Shown here piece by piece: positions 39,633-47,406 of a stretch of DNA of 64,000 nucleotides (within the stretch, counting starts at the first letter, position 1; every line of letters starts with the position of its first letter). The DNA comes from a virus. Position numbers and translations under genes: made by a program. The stretch lies in IMG/VR virus record IMGVR_UViG_3300027586_000003, positions 41,002 through 105,001 of that record; one strand, given 5' to 3'. Below the pieces are notes generated by a model, which had not been told where the DNA came from, ran no database searches, and was given only the letters and a program-made list of their open reading frames with translations.

Positions 39633-40127
39633 TTAAGCCGCCGGGAAGTTTACCACAGGTGCGCCGCCCTCTTTGCGATACGTGACGTTGTAGCCAGCCA
39701 CCTTCAGATGCCCAGCCGTTGCCCGGGCGTGCGCCAATGCCTTTGCCGCCGGAACGTCGGGCCACTGCGCAACCACCAAGGCCGCAATCTCACGGGCCGT
39801 CAGCACGCCGTCAAAGACGTGCTCGGCAATGAAGGCACGCCTGCCACCCCAAGTCAGCACGGGCCGTCCTGCGGGCCTCGCCACGGGCAAGGAAGCCACG
39901 GGTGCGATGCCAGCCGCAGTTAACACCACGGGAGCCGCCACGGGCGAGGGGGCCGCCTCCTTTGGCACCAGAGCGAACTGGCGGTCTTTCCAAATCCCGA
40001 AGTCGAATGACTTGCCGGGAATCAGGGTGTCGAAGTTGTCACGCCGCACCACAACCGAAACGCCGTCAACTAGCTGGCGTGCGTGGGTTGCTTTGGTCGG
40101 CCAATGGATTTCAGATTTTGCGCTCAT
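39633..40127 (-). CDS. Hypothetical protein (possible C-terminal winged helix)
   Basis: Preceded by a promoter and an A/C-rich leader. Confidence 0.6.
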   Translation of the reverse strand: MSAKSEIHWPTKATHARQLVDGVSVVVRRDNFDTLIPGKSFDFGIWKDRQFALVPKEAAPSPVAAPVVLTAAGIAPVASLPVARPAGRPVLTWGGRRAFIAEHVFDGVLTAREIAALVVAQWPDVPAAKALAHARATAGHLKVAGYNVTYRKEGGAPVVNFPAA

Positions 40128-40162
40128 GTCGTTGTCGTTGTTGTTGTCGTTATCTGCCGTGT

Positions 40163-40191
40163 ATCTTTGCAGCTACATAGTTTGAAGTCAA
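40163..40191 (-). promoter_or_regulatory. sigma70-like promoter
   Basis: TTGACT-N17(ending TGC)-AAAGAT. Confidence 0.55.
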
Positions 40192-40199
40192 CTCTTTTC

Positions 40200-40442
40200 T
40201 CAACTTTCTTCACGCCCCATGAATGCCCGTGCAATGTCCGCCGGATGCTCCCCCGTCTCTTCCCCCCAAAAGTGGCGAGCCGCAAGCAACTGGCCGGACG
40301 AGTTGTATTCCCGACCGCACCGGCAGTCCACGTCGCCTCCCGCCCGCCAGCCTTCCAAGGTGCAACCGCAGTCGCAGCGCATTTGCATCGGCTTGATGCT
40401 CCGGTCTTCGTTGCGTTCCCATCGTTGAATCAGTCTGCTCAT
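40200..40442 (-). CDS. Small Zn-ribbon protein
   Basis: RCDCG...DCRCGREYNSSGQLLA...WGEETGE. Confidence 0.65.
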   Translation of the reverse strand: MSRLIQRWERNEDRSIKPMQMRCDCGCTLEGWRAGGDVDCRCGREYNSSGQLLAARHFWGEETGEHPADIARAFMGREES

Positions 40443-40579
40443 TCAGTTGCCTTTCCGATTGCCGCTTTCTCGATGCGGCGGGTTGCCCGATTTGCCATTT
40501 GCTTACCTTCACGGCGAAGATGTTTCCACCAGCCGCAAAGCGACCGTGCCTTGGTTGAAGTGGCGTAGGTGATTTTCAT
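40439..40579 (-). CDS. Small basic protein (46 aa)
   Basis: MKITYATSTKARSLCGWWKHLRREGKQMANRATRR; fills the gap between neighbours with an ATGA overlap. Confidence 0.5.
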   Translation of the reverse strand: MKITYATSTKARSLCGWWKHLRREGKQMANRATRRIEKAAIGKATE

Positions 40580-40580
40580 T

Positions 40581-40940
40581 TCACGCAGGCCAGACAGCCG
40601 AAAGTTGCAGCCCGAACCGGGCCGGGTTGACCGCCGCACGGAAGGCGTTGGCGAAGGCCGCTTCATCCGCCGCCATCGCAGCCTGCTCCGCAAGCTCCCG
40701 CTCTTGCTGCTCCCGCTCGTTGGCGATGCAGGCGTCCACGCAGTTGAAGTATTCCGCCGCACACTCCTCGACCGATGCGAGGGCCATCCAGCGAGGGCGG
40801 ATGCCGTGGGCGTCCTTGTGGGCGTCGCTCACCATGCTGTAGGCGAACTGCTGCGGGCCACTGTAGCCGTGTTCCTCCAGCCATGCGGCGTCGGGAATCT
40901 CTGCGACGAACCGGGCGAGGGATTCAGGTGAGAGTTTCAT
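40581..40940 (-). CDS. Hypothetical protein
   Basis: SDAHKDAHGIRPRW motif recurrent in phage early genes; start after the (CACCAAA)n leader. Confidence 0.65.
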   Translation of the reverse strand: MKLSPESLARFVAEIPDAAWLEEHGYSGPQQFAYSMVSDAHKDAHGIRPRWMALASVEECAAEYFNCVDACIANEREQQERELAEQAAMAADEAAFANAFRAAVNPARFGLQLSAVWPA

Positions 40941-40942
40941 CA

Positions 40943-40975
40943 GTGTTTGGTGTTTGGTGTTTGGTGTTTGGTGTT
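40943..40975. repeat. 7-bp tandem repeat (GTGTTTG)x~4.5 in a 5' leader
   Basis: gtgtttggtgtttggtgtttggtgtttggtgtt. Confidence 0.85.
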
Positions 40976-40987
40976 CTAACTGTTGTG

Positions 40988-41016
40988 AGTATGCAGCCAC
41001 AGACTTCTCACGTCAA
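40988..41016 (-). promoter_or_regulatory. sigma70-like promoter
   Basis: TTGACG-N17-CATACT. Confidence 0.6.
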
Positions 41017-41023
41017 GAGTTTT

Positions 41024-41302
41024 TTACCACAATCTTTTCGACATGGAAATTTTACGGGTAGCTTTCGCCAGCGCAATCCTAGCCTCCAGCGACGCTTGCC
41101 TCTGCGCTCGCTCCTTGCACCGGCACGAAGGGCAGAGGAAACGCCCGTCGAAGCTAAGGAATGAAATGCCCATCCATTCGATGCAACCGTTGTCAATTCC
41201 ACGGTCGCACTTGTCGCACGTCTCCGTGTAATCGTAGCCGAACAAGCTCCGTAAGCTGGCCTGTGACCGGCTCTTGCCTTTGATGGAAATGCTTGGATAC
41301 AT
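41024..41302 (-). CDS. Small Zn-finger protein
   Basis: CDKC...CPSC. Confidence 0.6.
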   Translation of the reverse strand: MYPSISIKGKSRSQASLRSLFGYDYTETCDKCDRGIDNGCIEWMGISFLSFDGRFLCPSCRCKERAQRQASLEARIALAKATRKISMSKRLW

Positions 41303-41317
41303 AGTGGTGTTGGTGTT

Positions 41318-41683
41318 TCAGAATGGAGCCTGCTCGCCGATTTCGGAGTCGAAAACTGGAACCAGCGCAACGACCGGCAGGCGTGGATACACGCACAAGC
41401 CGCCATCGCAGTAGCCCGAAAGTTCATCCGCCTTGGCGTCGGCCTCCGCACGGCTGGCGAAGTCTCCGGCGATGTTTTCCTGCGAAAACAAAACCGCATC
41501 CGTGTAGCGGCAGTGAACGTAATCGTCCGTGGTGACGACGAACCGGCCAACAGCAACCAAGGCCGCAATGTCGCCGGAAATGTCAACCCGATGCTCGCTC
41601 ATGCGAGACACCTCGAAGGCCCGCTGGAACTCGTTGCTGCAACCGTCCCCGAATTCTTCGTCTGCAATCAGTGCGTTATTCAT
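41318..41683 (-). CDS. Hypothetical protein (leaderless)
   Basis: ATG 6 nt after a -10 element. Confidence 0.6.
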   Translation of the reverse strand: MNNALIADEEFGDGCSNEFQRAFEVSRMSEHRVDISGDIAALVAVGRFVVTTDDYVHCRYTDAVLFSQENIAGDFASRAEADAKADELSGYCDGGLCVYPRLPVVALVPVFDSEIGEQAPF

Positions 41684-41689
41684 ACCAGC

Positions 41690-41718
41690 ACTGTCTCACG
41701 CTACTTGAAATCTGTCAA
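41690..41718 (-). promoter_or_regulatory. sigma70-like promoter, leaderless
   Basis: TTGACA-N17(TGA)-GACAGT-N6-ATG. Confidence 0.6.
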
Positions 41719-41733
41719 GGGTATTTCTTGCAG

Positions 41734-43005
41734 CTACAAAGTTGCGTAACCAAGCCGCCGATACAGGTCGTGACGGACTCGGCTGTGTTTAGCAGCGAGT
41801 GGATGCCAGTAGTCTGCGAAGTCGTAAATCACACCCGATGATTTTCCGGCGAAGCTGCGAAGCACCCGTCCAGTGCGCTGCTCTGTCCGTGCGTTGCTGC
41901 GACCGGCTGACACAAGCACAAGCACATTGGCCCTCGGCAAATCCAATCCCTCATCAGCCAGACTCGTCGCCACGATGCACGGGCAATGACCGGCGGCGAA
42001 CTCCGCCAGCGTCTCCCGGCGTTTCTTGACACCCATCTTGGAGAAGCACGCCACCGCACCGGGTATCATCTCGGCAATCGCCTTGGCGTGGTCAACGTGG
42101 TTCACTAGCACAATCACGGAATCTCTGCGGTGTGCGACCGCCTTGGCGACGGCGGCGCGGGTGCGAAGCTTGTTGCGGACTATCCCAAGCTCCACGCATT
42201 TCTGGAAAGCAACCTGCCCCCAAAGTATTGCCTCGAACTTCGCCATCATCGCCACCGCCGCACGCTTCCGCTCCTCGGACGCTGATGTGTCGGCCAAGGT
42301 GCGTCGGCACATGGCAACCTCGCCCGTGTGCCAGTAGCGGCGGCGGTAAGCCATCGCACCGTCAATCTCTTGGTCTATCGCGTCCTTCAGGCCGGGGTCG
42401 GTTGCTGAGAGCGTGACGACGCGGGCTTGAACGAGGCGCGAACCAACCTCCTCACGCTCCACGGTGAAGAACTCGTTCCCAAAAATCGCCTTGTATGGCG
42501 GGAACCGTTCGTCGCCTTCCACGGGCGGCGTTGCGGTAAAGCCCCACACCGCTCCATGACAAGTTGCAATCTGTTCAGCCCAGCCTTGGGCTACGGCGTG
42601 CTGGCATTCATCCACCACCAACGCCACGCAGTCGCTCCAATCCGTTGCAGCAGCAGCGCACGCCACCCGCACGTCCGCGCACGAGGCTATGTGTGGGAAG
42701 TGTGCGAGGGCTGACCGCGCTTGGGATGCTTGCTCAACGGTGTTGCACATCCAGCCGATTTGCACCCGTCCTTGGCGCGGCTTTGAGGCCAGCACGGAGT
42801 CAAGTGTCGCCGCACCGATGATGGTCTTGCCTGAGCCTGCGGGCGAGTGGACTGCTCCCCGCCGCTTGGTGCGCAGCCAAGCCACGGCGCGGGCCTGATA
42901 CGGTTCCAGCACCACGCTTAAAAGGAAATCCCCCTGACTGGCCTCGTGCTTCAGCCGCTCCACGTCCACGCGCTCGCGGATTCCCGTTACTGTGTCTGTC
43001 ATCAT
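41734..43005 (-). CDS. SF2 DEAD/DEAH-box helicase
   Basis: LEPYQ, SPAGSGKT, DECQH, TATP, DEGLDLP and QRTGRVLR motifs. Confidence 0.92.
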   Translation of the reverse strand: MMTDTVTGIRERVDVERLKHEASQGDFLLSVVLEPYQARAVAWLRTKRRGAVHSPAGSGKTIIGAATLDSVLASKPRQGRVQIGWMCNTVEQASQARSALAHFPHIASCADVRVACAAAATDWSDCVALVVDECQHAVAQGWAEQIATCHGAVWGFTATPPVEGDERFPPYKAIFGNEFFTVEREEVGSRLVQARVVTLSATDPGLKDAIDQEIDGAMAYRRRYWHTGEVAMCRRTLADTSASEERKRAAVAMMAKFEAILWGQVAFQKCVELGIVRNKLRTRAAVAKAVAHRRDSVIVLVNHVDHAKAIAEMIPGAVACFSKMGVKKRRETLAEFAAGHCPCIVATSLADEGLDLPRANVLVLVSAGRSNARTEQRTGRVLRSFAGKSSGVIYDFADYWHPLAAKHSRVRHDLYRRLGYATL

Positions 43006-43271
43006 GTTCGCTCCACGAACGCCAGCGGGCCGCTGAATACCCAAGCCCATTGACCAGCGGTGACAACATCCGCTCCTGTGGCGTCTTTGAACGTCAGCCC
43101 TGCCTCCGGGTTCACCTTCAGCTTGGTGAATGCGAACTCGCTCTTGCTGCCTTCCATTGTGACCACCACCGTATCAGGTGAGTCAGTGGCAGACGGCGAG
43201 GGCAACAAGCCCACGAGCTTTACGATTTCTTCGGGGGTGAGAACGGTTTGGTTTTCGAGATGAATCATCAT
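43002..43271 (-). CDS. Hypothetical protein
   Basis: 89 aa, coupled to the helicase start. Confidence 0.6.
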   Translation of the reverse strand: MMIHLENQTVLTPEEIVKLVGLLPSPSATDSPDTVVVTMEGSKSEFAFTKLKVNPEAGLTFKDATGADVVTAGQWAWVFSGPLAFVERT

Positions 43272-43283
43272 AGTTTTGTTTGG

Positions 43284-43574
43284 TTAATTTCCTGAAAATC
43301 TGTGCGCCCCGTTCACAACACGCTCCTGCTGTGTAAAACCTACGGTGCGAACCTCGTTGTGCAAGCTGTCCATGAAGTCAATCTCCTGCTTGTCGGTTTT
43401 GTTCTCGTTGATGGATTGAGCCACGACCGCCATGCAGGAGACCGCGCCCGCATGAAACGCCTGTCGCACTTGCTTCTCCTGCTCATAGGCCATCCCAACC
43501 GGGTAGGCGCGTGACTTGTAATCCGACCACTCTGCTGTGAATGGATTGCTGTATTTCGATTTGCTCTTGCTCAT
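43284..43574 (-). CDS. Hypothetical protein
   Basis: Q..QVRQAFHAGA motif; ATGA overlap with RusA. Confidence 0.6.
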   Translation of the reverse strand: MSKSKSKYSNPFTAEWSDYKSRAYPVGMAYEQEKQVRQAFHAGAVSCMAVVAQSINENKTDKQEIDFMDSLHNEVRTVGFTQQERVVNGAHRFSGN

Positions 43575-44095
43575 ATTGTTGCGTTTAGTTTCCACACTGA
43601 AACCACTACTCGCGGGTTAAGTTTGTCGTCGAATCGTTGCGCTTCGATGCGCTCAATCTGAGCGTCGTCAGCGTAGGCGAATCCTTGCAGCACATCTTCA
43701 ATCACCTTGATGCGGTTGCCAAGGTCGCCCCGGCGAATCGGGCGGTGAACCAGCAGCTTGATTCCCACCGGGCCTTCAAATGGACGCTTGAAGGCGGCGG
43801 CAGCAATTATGGCGCACTTCGCCTTATATTGCCGCGCCTCGGCGGACACCAGCACCCGCACGGCTCCCTTAATCACAATCGAACGCCAGTAACGGTTGGC
43901 CGAAGGAGGATACGGCAGTGTCAGGGTGACGCTCTCATGCTCTCGCTCTAAAAGCGCAGGCCCACTGAGGATGCTCGTTGCCAGAACGAGTGTTGTGAGT
44001 GGATTAAGCTTAATAGCCGCACGCGCCAGTTCGGCATCAACGAATTTTCGGCCAACCTTAGTTGCCGCAAGCTGTTGGGTTGTCCACTTAGGCAC
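43571..44095 (-). CDS. rusA: RusA family Holliday junction resolvase
   Basis: LPYPPSANRYWR...RRGDLGNRIKVIEDVL...YADDAQI. Confidence 0.85.
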   Translation of the reverse strand: MPKWTTQQLAATKVGRKFVDAELARAAIKLNPLTTLVLATSILSGPALLEREHESVTLTLPYPPSANRYWRSIVIKGAVRVLVSAEARQYKAKCAIIAAAAFKRPFEGPVGIKLLVHRPIRRGDLGNRIKVIEDVLQGFAYADDAQIERIEAQRFDDKLNPRVVVSVWKLNATI

Positions 44096-44112
44096 GTTTA
44101 GCCTCTTTGAGT

Positions 44113-44409
44113 TCAGTAGCCAGCTTCGATAGCTCGCTTGCGAAGTTCTGCACTGCGGTCAAATTTTCGCCACGGATGGCCGCTTGCAATGCTGCCCGCA
44201 CTTCGCGGTATCTTTTCCATTTCTTTGATTCGCTCATTGTCTTTGTCTTGTTGTTTATGTTTTGCTTTTGAAGCCAACTTTCGGGCCTCTGTCATTGTCC
44301 TTCCTGTGCCTTCAACTACCACCGACTCTGACGCCATTAGACGCCACCGCACTCCGCTTGCTGTGCGGATGAACACCATGCGCGTCGTCTGTATGTATAA
44401 CTTGCCCAC
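44113..44409 (-). CDS. Small basic hypothetical protein (start uncertain)
   Basis: Ends with HPWRK motif; overlaps the HNH gene 3' end. Confidence 0.45.
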   Translation of the reverse strand: MGKLYIQTTRMVFIRTASGVRWRLMASESVVVEGTGRTMTEARKLASKAKHKQQDKDNERIKEMEKIPRSAGSIASGHPWRKFDRSAELRKRAIEAGY

Positions 44410-44917
44410 GTTGAATCAGTGCTGCATTTCTGTCAAGTGTTTTCTGACGCTGTTCAGGCGACGTGTTCCACTGGCCGCTCGGCGCAATCAGCCCAAGCGC
44501 ACGCGCCTCAACCGGATGGCTGCCGACCCAGTCGTGGTGCATCCGGCAGAGCGGCTTCCACCACCGGGCATCCGTCAGCAAAGCCCCAATCTTCCCTCTG
44601 GAATGGTGACAGTCCGTAGTCGGTTTGTCGCACCCGCCGGTATAACTGCACATCCGATTCTCTGGCAACGCCTTCCACGCTTTAACCATCCGGCTATACT
44701 CACGCAACTGGGCTGAACGGACTTTGGACACATGATTGACCGTTTTGCGAGGTTTTTTTGCAGTCACAGAGTTTATAGTGCAGCGAGTTATGCCAGCCGC
44801 TTTGAGTTCAGGATTCAACTTGGCGGGCTTTTCAGCGGCGACACAGGGATTCGTCCCGACCTTGTTCAAAGTCCACAAGGCAGGCTTTGTTGTTGGCTTA
44901 TATCCGTAGAGGCTCAC
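44312..44917 (-). CDS. HNH-like (His-Me finger) nuclease
   Basis: C....C....TDCHHSRGK...LCRMHHDWV..HP..A..LGL; likely GTG start at 44917. Confidence 0.7.
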   Translation of the reverse strand: MSLYGYKPTTKPALWTLNKVGTNPCVAAEKPAKLNPELKAAGITRCTINSVTAKKPRKTVNHVSKVRSAQLREYSRMVKAWKALPENRMCSYTGGCDKPTTDCHHSRGKIGALLTDARWWKPLCRMHHDWVGSHPVEARALGLIAPSGQWNTSPEQRQKTLDRNAALIQRGQVIHTDDAHGVHPHSKRSAVASNGVRVGGS

Positions 44918-45096
44918 TTTTTCCACTCCTCTCCCGGCGTGTCGTCGTCTCCAAGCGTGCTGTGCCGTCCAAGGGCAGTCGTCGCCTGCTCGTAGATAGC
45001 CCTCTCCCCTTCCGACCACCTGTGACCGTGCTGCGACAGGGCTGTAGCCAGCGAGTCTAACGCACCAAGAATGAGTTGCTTGTCGTCGGCGTTCAT
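44914..45096 (-). CDS. Hypothetical protein (60 aa)
   Basis: Coupled on both sides. Confidence 0.55.
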   Translation of the reverse strand: MNADDKQLILGALDSLATALSQHGHRWSEGERAIYEQATTALGRHSTLGDDDTPGEEWKK

Positions 45097-45566
45097 TGTG
45101 GATTTGCAATAGAGTCCATGATGGATTTAACAGCGACCGTGAATGGTGCGACGAACGGCTTCGGCGGTGACAGCTTCGCCACCCGATTGCGCTCGGCAAC
45201 CTCAACCGCCTTGAAGTGACCGAACAGCACGATGGCTGAGAAGACGTGCTTGCAGCTTTGCCACGCATCCGGCTCCTGAACGTCCCGCTTGTTACAGGTG
45301 AAGCTCTCACAAGTGCAGCGACCACGCCCGCCGTTGCTCACCACGTCCACAAGATAGCTGACCGGCTCGGCAGCGGCCCCGCAGTGCGGACACGGCTTCT
45401 CCGACTTGCTGGTGAACTTCACCATGCACGACGGGCAGCGATACCGGGTGTCTGAGAAGGCGTGGAAGCGGCCTTCTTCCCCGTCAATCGGCTGGAGGTT
45501 GACCGCAAAGCCCACTGCGCTTGTTACCCGATATAGCGGGCCTTCACCGATGACCTTGATTTGCAT
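45093..45566 (-). CDS. SWIM zinc-finger protein
   Basis: CPSC..CPHC and CTCESF...CKH. Confidence 0.7.
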   Translation of the reverse strand: MQIKVIGEGPLYRVTSAVGFAVNLQPIDGEEGRFHAFSDTRYRCPSCMVKFTSKSEKPCPHCGAAAEPVSYLVDVVSNGGRGRCTCESFTCNKRDVQEPDAWQSCKHVFSAIVLFGHFKAVEVAERNRVAKLSPPKPFVAPFTVAVKSIMDSIANPQ

Positions 45567-45629
45567 TGTCGTTGTCTTGTTAAGGGAGGGCGACGGCAGG
45601 GGTTGCCTGCCGCCGCTCGAAATTACTGT

Positions 45630-45791
45630 TTACTGGCGACCGGCGACTTCAGCGGCTCGGCGAAGGAAGCCAGCACCGTCACCGGGCGGAGGTGAAGCCC
45701 CACCACCGGCACCGCCGCGACCGGGGAAGTTGACTCCACCACCTCGGTAATTACGGGTGCCATCACGGGCGTTACGATTGATTCGTTGCAT
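45630..45791 (-). CDS. 53-aa Gly/Arg-rich peptide
   Basis: MQRINRNARDGTRNYRGGGVNFPGRGGAGGGASPPPGDGAGFLRRAAEVAGRQ; starts 2 nt after the upstream stop with GGAG SD; followed by a GC hairpin (~45589-45616). Below the track length cutoff. Confidence 0.65.
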   Translation of the reverse strand: MQRINRNARDGTRNYRGGGVNFPGRGGAGGGASPPPGDGAGFLRRAAEVAGRQ

Positions 45792-45793
45792 GA

Positions 45794-46267
45794 TTACTCA
45801 CCCCCTTCCTGCGGAAGCGGTTCGATTGGGTCGAAGTTCAAAGTCATTGCCTTGTCTTGCTTCTCGCCGATGAAGTTGACGGCCTGTTCAGGGATTGCAA
45901 CCCCAAACTTTTTCGCCACCAACCGCCCGTCGAGGTAGCGAGGGCCAAGCTCGGTCAACCCGGCGTTTTCGAGGAAGGCCATCTTCTGCGCCTCGCTCTG
46001 GAAAACGAGGCAGCACCAATAGTTCGTGTCCATCGCCAGCCCTTGCCGGTCGTTCTCTTTCTTCTCCTTGCCCTTGAAGTGACCCGCCTTCACCTTCTGC
46101 TCGGCAAAGGCGTCCGTCATGGCCTTCTGCTCGTCGTAGCTATCGCTCTCGATGTTCCCAGTGACAGGCAGTTTCGCCAGCGGGTCTTTGACGGGCGTGT
46201 ATTTCAATGTTTTGTCGCTCATAAATGGTCTTTCATTCCGGCGAACTCGCCACGCTTCAACTCGCAC
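45794..46267 (-). CDS. Conserved partner of phage PAPS-reductase-like genes
   Basis: DTNYWCCLVFQSEAQKMAFL...RYLDG motif; true start probably MSDKTL (~46222). Confidence 0.65.
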   Translation of the reverse strand: MRVEAWRVRRNERPFMSDKTLKYTPVKDPLAKLPVTGNIESDSYDEQKAMTDAFAEQKVKAGHFKGKEKKENDRQGLAMDTNYWCCLVFQSEAQKMAFLENAGLTELGPRYLDGRLVAKKFGVAIPEQAVNFIGEKQDKAMTLNFDPIEPLPQEGGE

Positions 46268-46950
46268 TCGATGAGTGGGAAGTATTCACGAAGCCGTTCG
46301 TAATCCTTCGGGAAATGTTTTTTTATGGGGGCGATGAAGCGGTAGTCCAACCCGTCCAACGACCGGCCAAAAATCCAGTAGTCAACCGGCAGCTTCAGCT
46401 TCGCCTTGAAGATTTCCACACGAACCTCTTCCTTAGTCCAGTCCCACACCGGGTAGAACTTTTTGTTTTTGTGATTTATCGCCCCGCTGCGGGTGAACAT
46501 CGTCCGGCGGAAGATTGAATCCGCCGCCCGCACGCCAAGGGCCGTGAACGTGGTCGCCGGGAGCTTCAAATGCTGGATGACACCAGCCTGAAGGTCGTGT
46601 GCGTTGAACACCGGAAGCGATGAAGCCATGCACGGTGCAACCTGCTCTGGTGTGGCATACGTGCAGTCAATCCACCACCGATAAAGCATTGGTGACGGAA
46701 CCCGTGTGATTTTCTCACCGAACTTCTCCTCGTAGTAGTCAATCGTGCGGTTCACGAACTCCAAGTGCGGATGGATGTAGTAGAAATACGGGAACACCTT
46801 CACACCCCGTCGTTGCAGCGCAATCATGGCGGCAACCGCATCCTTGCCGCCGCTGAACGCCAGCGACACCTTGCCGCCGCTCTGTGCGGCCACTTGGTCA
46901 ATGATGGCCTCGCTTGGAAGGACGCCTTTGATTTCTATTCGCTGTGGCAT
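46219..46950 (-). CDS. PAPS reductase-family (PP-loop) protein
   Basis: AFSGGKDA PP-loop, GVRAADS..R, YPVWDW. Confidence 0.85.
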   Translation of the reverse strand: MPQRIEIKGVLPSEAIIDQVAAQSGGKVSLAFSGGKDAVAAMIALQRRGVKVFPYFYYIHPHLEFVNRTIDYYEEKFGEKITRVPSPMLYRWWIDCTYATPEQVAPCMASSLPVFNAHDLQAGVIQHLKLPATTFTALGVRAADSIFRRTMFTRSGAINHKNKKFYPVWDWTKEEVRVEIFKAKLKLPVDYWIFGRSLDGLDYRFIAPIKKHFPKDYERLREYFPLIECELKRGEFAGMKDHL

Positions 46951-47150
46951 CAGGCGATGGTAATTTCCAAGTTGGCGGTCGGTGCCGGGAGGCTTCCCAG
47001 CTTGGCGATAATGCCGTTGCGTTGCTTGGTCAGCACGGCGAGACGCTTGTTCACGTAGGAACGGGGGAACTCACCGTCGCCGCACAGGTTCTCAGGCGAG
47101 AGTTGGCAGTCCACATCCGCCAACTGATTCAGCAAGGCTTGTCTTGTCAT
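46950..47150 (-). CDS. Small phage protein (LSPENL..DGE family)
   Basis: Leaderless start at 47150. Confidence 0.65.
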   Translation of the reverse strand: MTRQALLNQLADVDCQLSPENLCGDGEFPRSYVNKRLAVLTKQRNGIIAKLGSLPAPTANLEITIA

Positions 47151-47156
47151 GCGAGG

Positions 47157-47185
47157 AGCTTTGCACGACCGCCGCCCGTCGTCAA
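47157..47185 (-). promoter_or_regulatory. sigma70-like promoter, leaderless
   Basis: TTGACG-N17(TGC)-AAAGCT-N6-ATG. Confidence 0.55.
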
Positions 47186-47202
47186 GTGTTTTGTAGCACC
47201 AA

Positions 47203-47400
47203 TTACACGCCTGCCGAACGTGCGGCCCGGACAATTTCGGCGTATGTGGACGGGCCTGCCGCATTGACCGGCGGAACAACCCGTGTCAGCGTGTCCGGCA
47301 GCGGAAGGCCATCAACATCTTTGATAGTCCCGTCTGGAGACACGTCCAGAAAGCAAACGTCCGGCTCTGCGAAGTCATCATCTTCAGTTACGTCGTTCAT
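47203..47400 (-). CDS. Small acidic protein downstream of the GNAT effector
   Basis: 65 aa, starts 6 nt after the upstream stop. Confidence 0.5.
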   Translation of the reverse strand: MNDVTEDDDFAEPDVCFLDVSPDGTIKDVDGLPLPDTLTRVVPPVNAAGPSTYAEIVRAARSAGV

Positions 47401-47406
47401 AATGGA

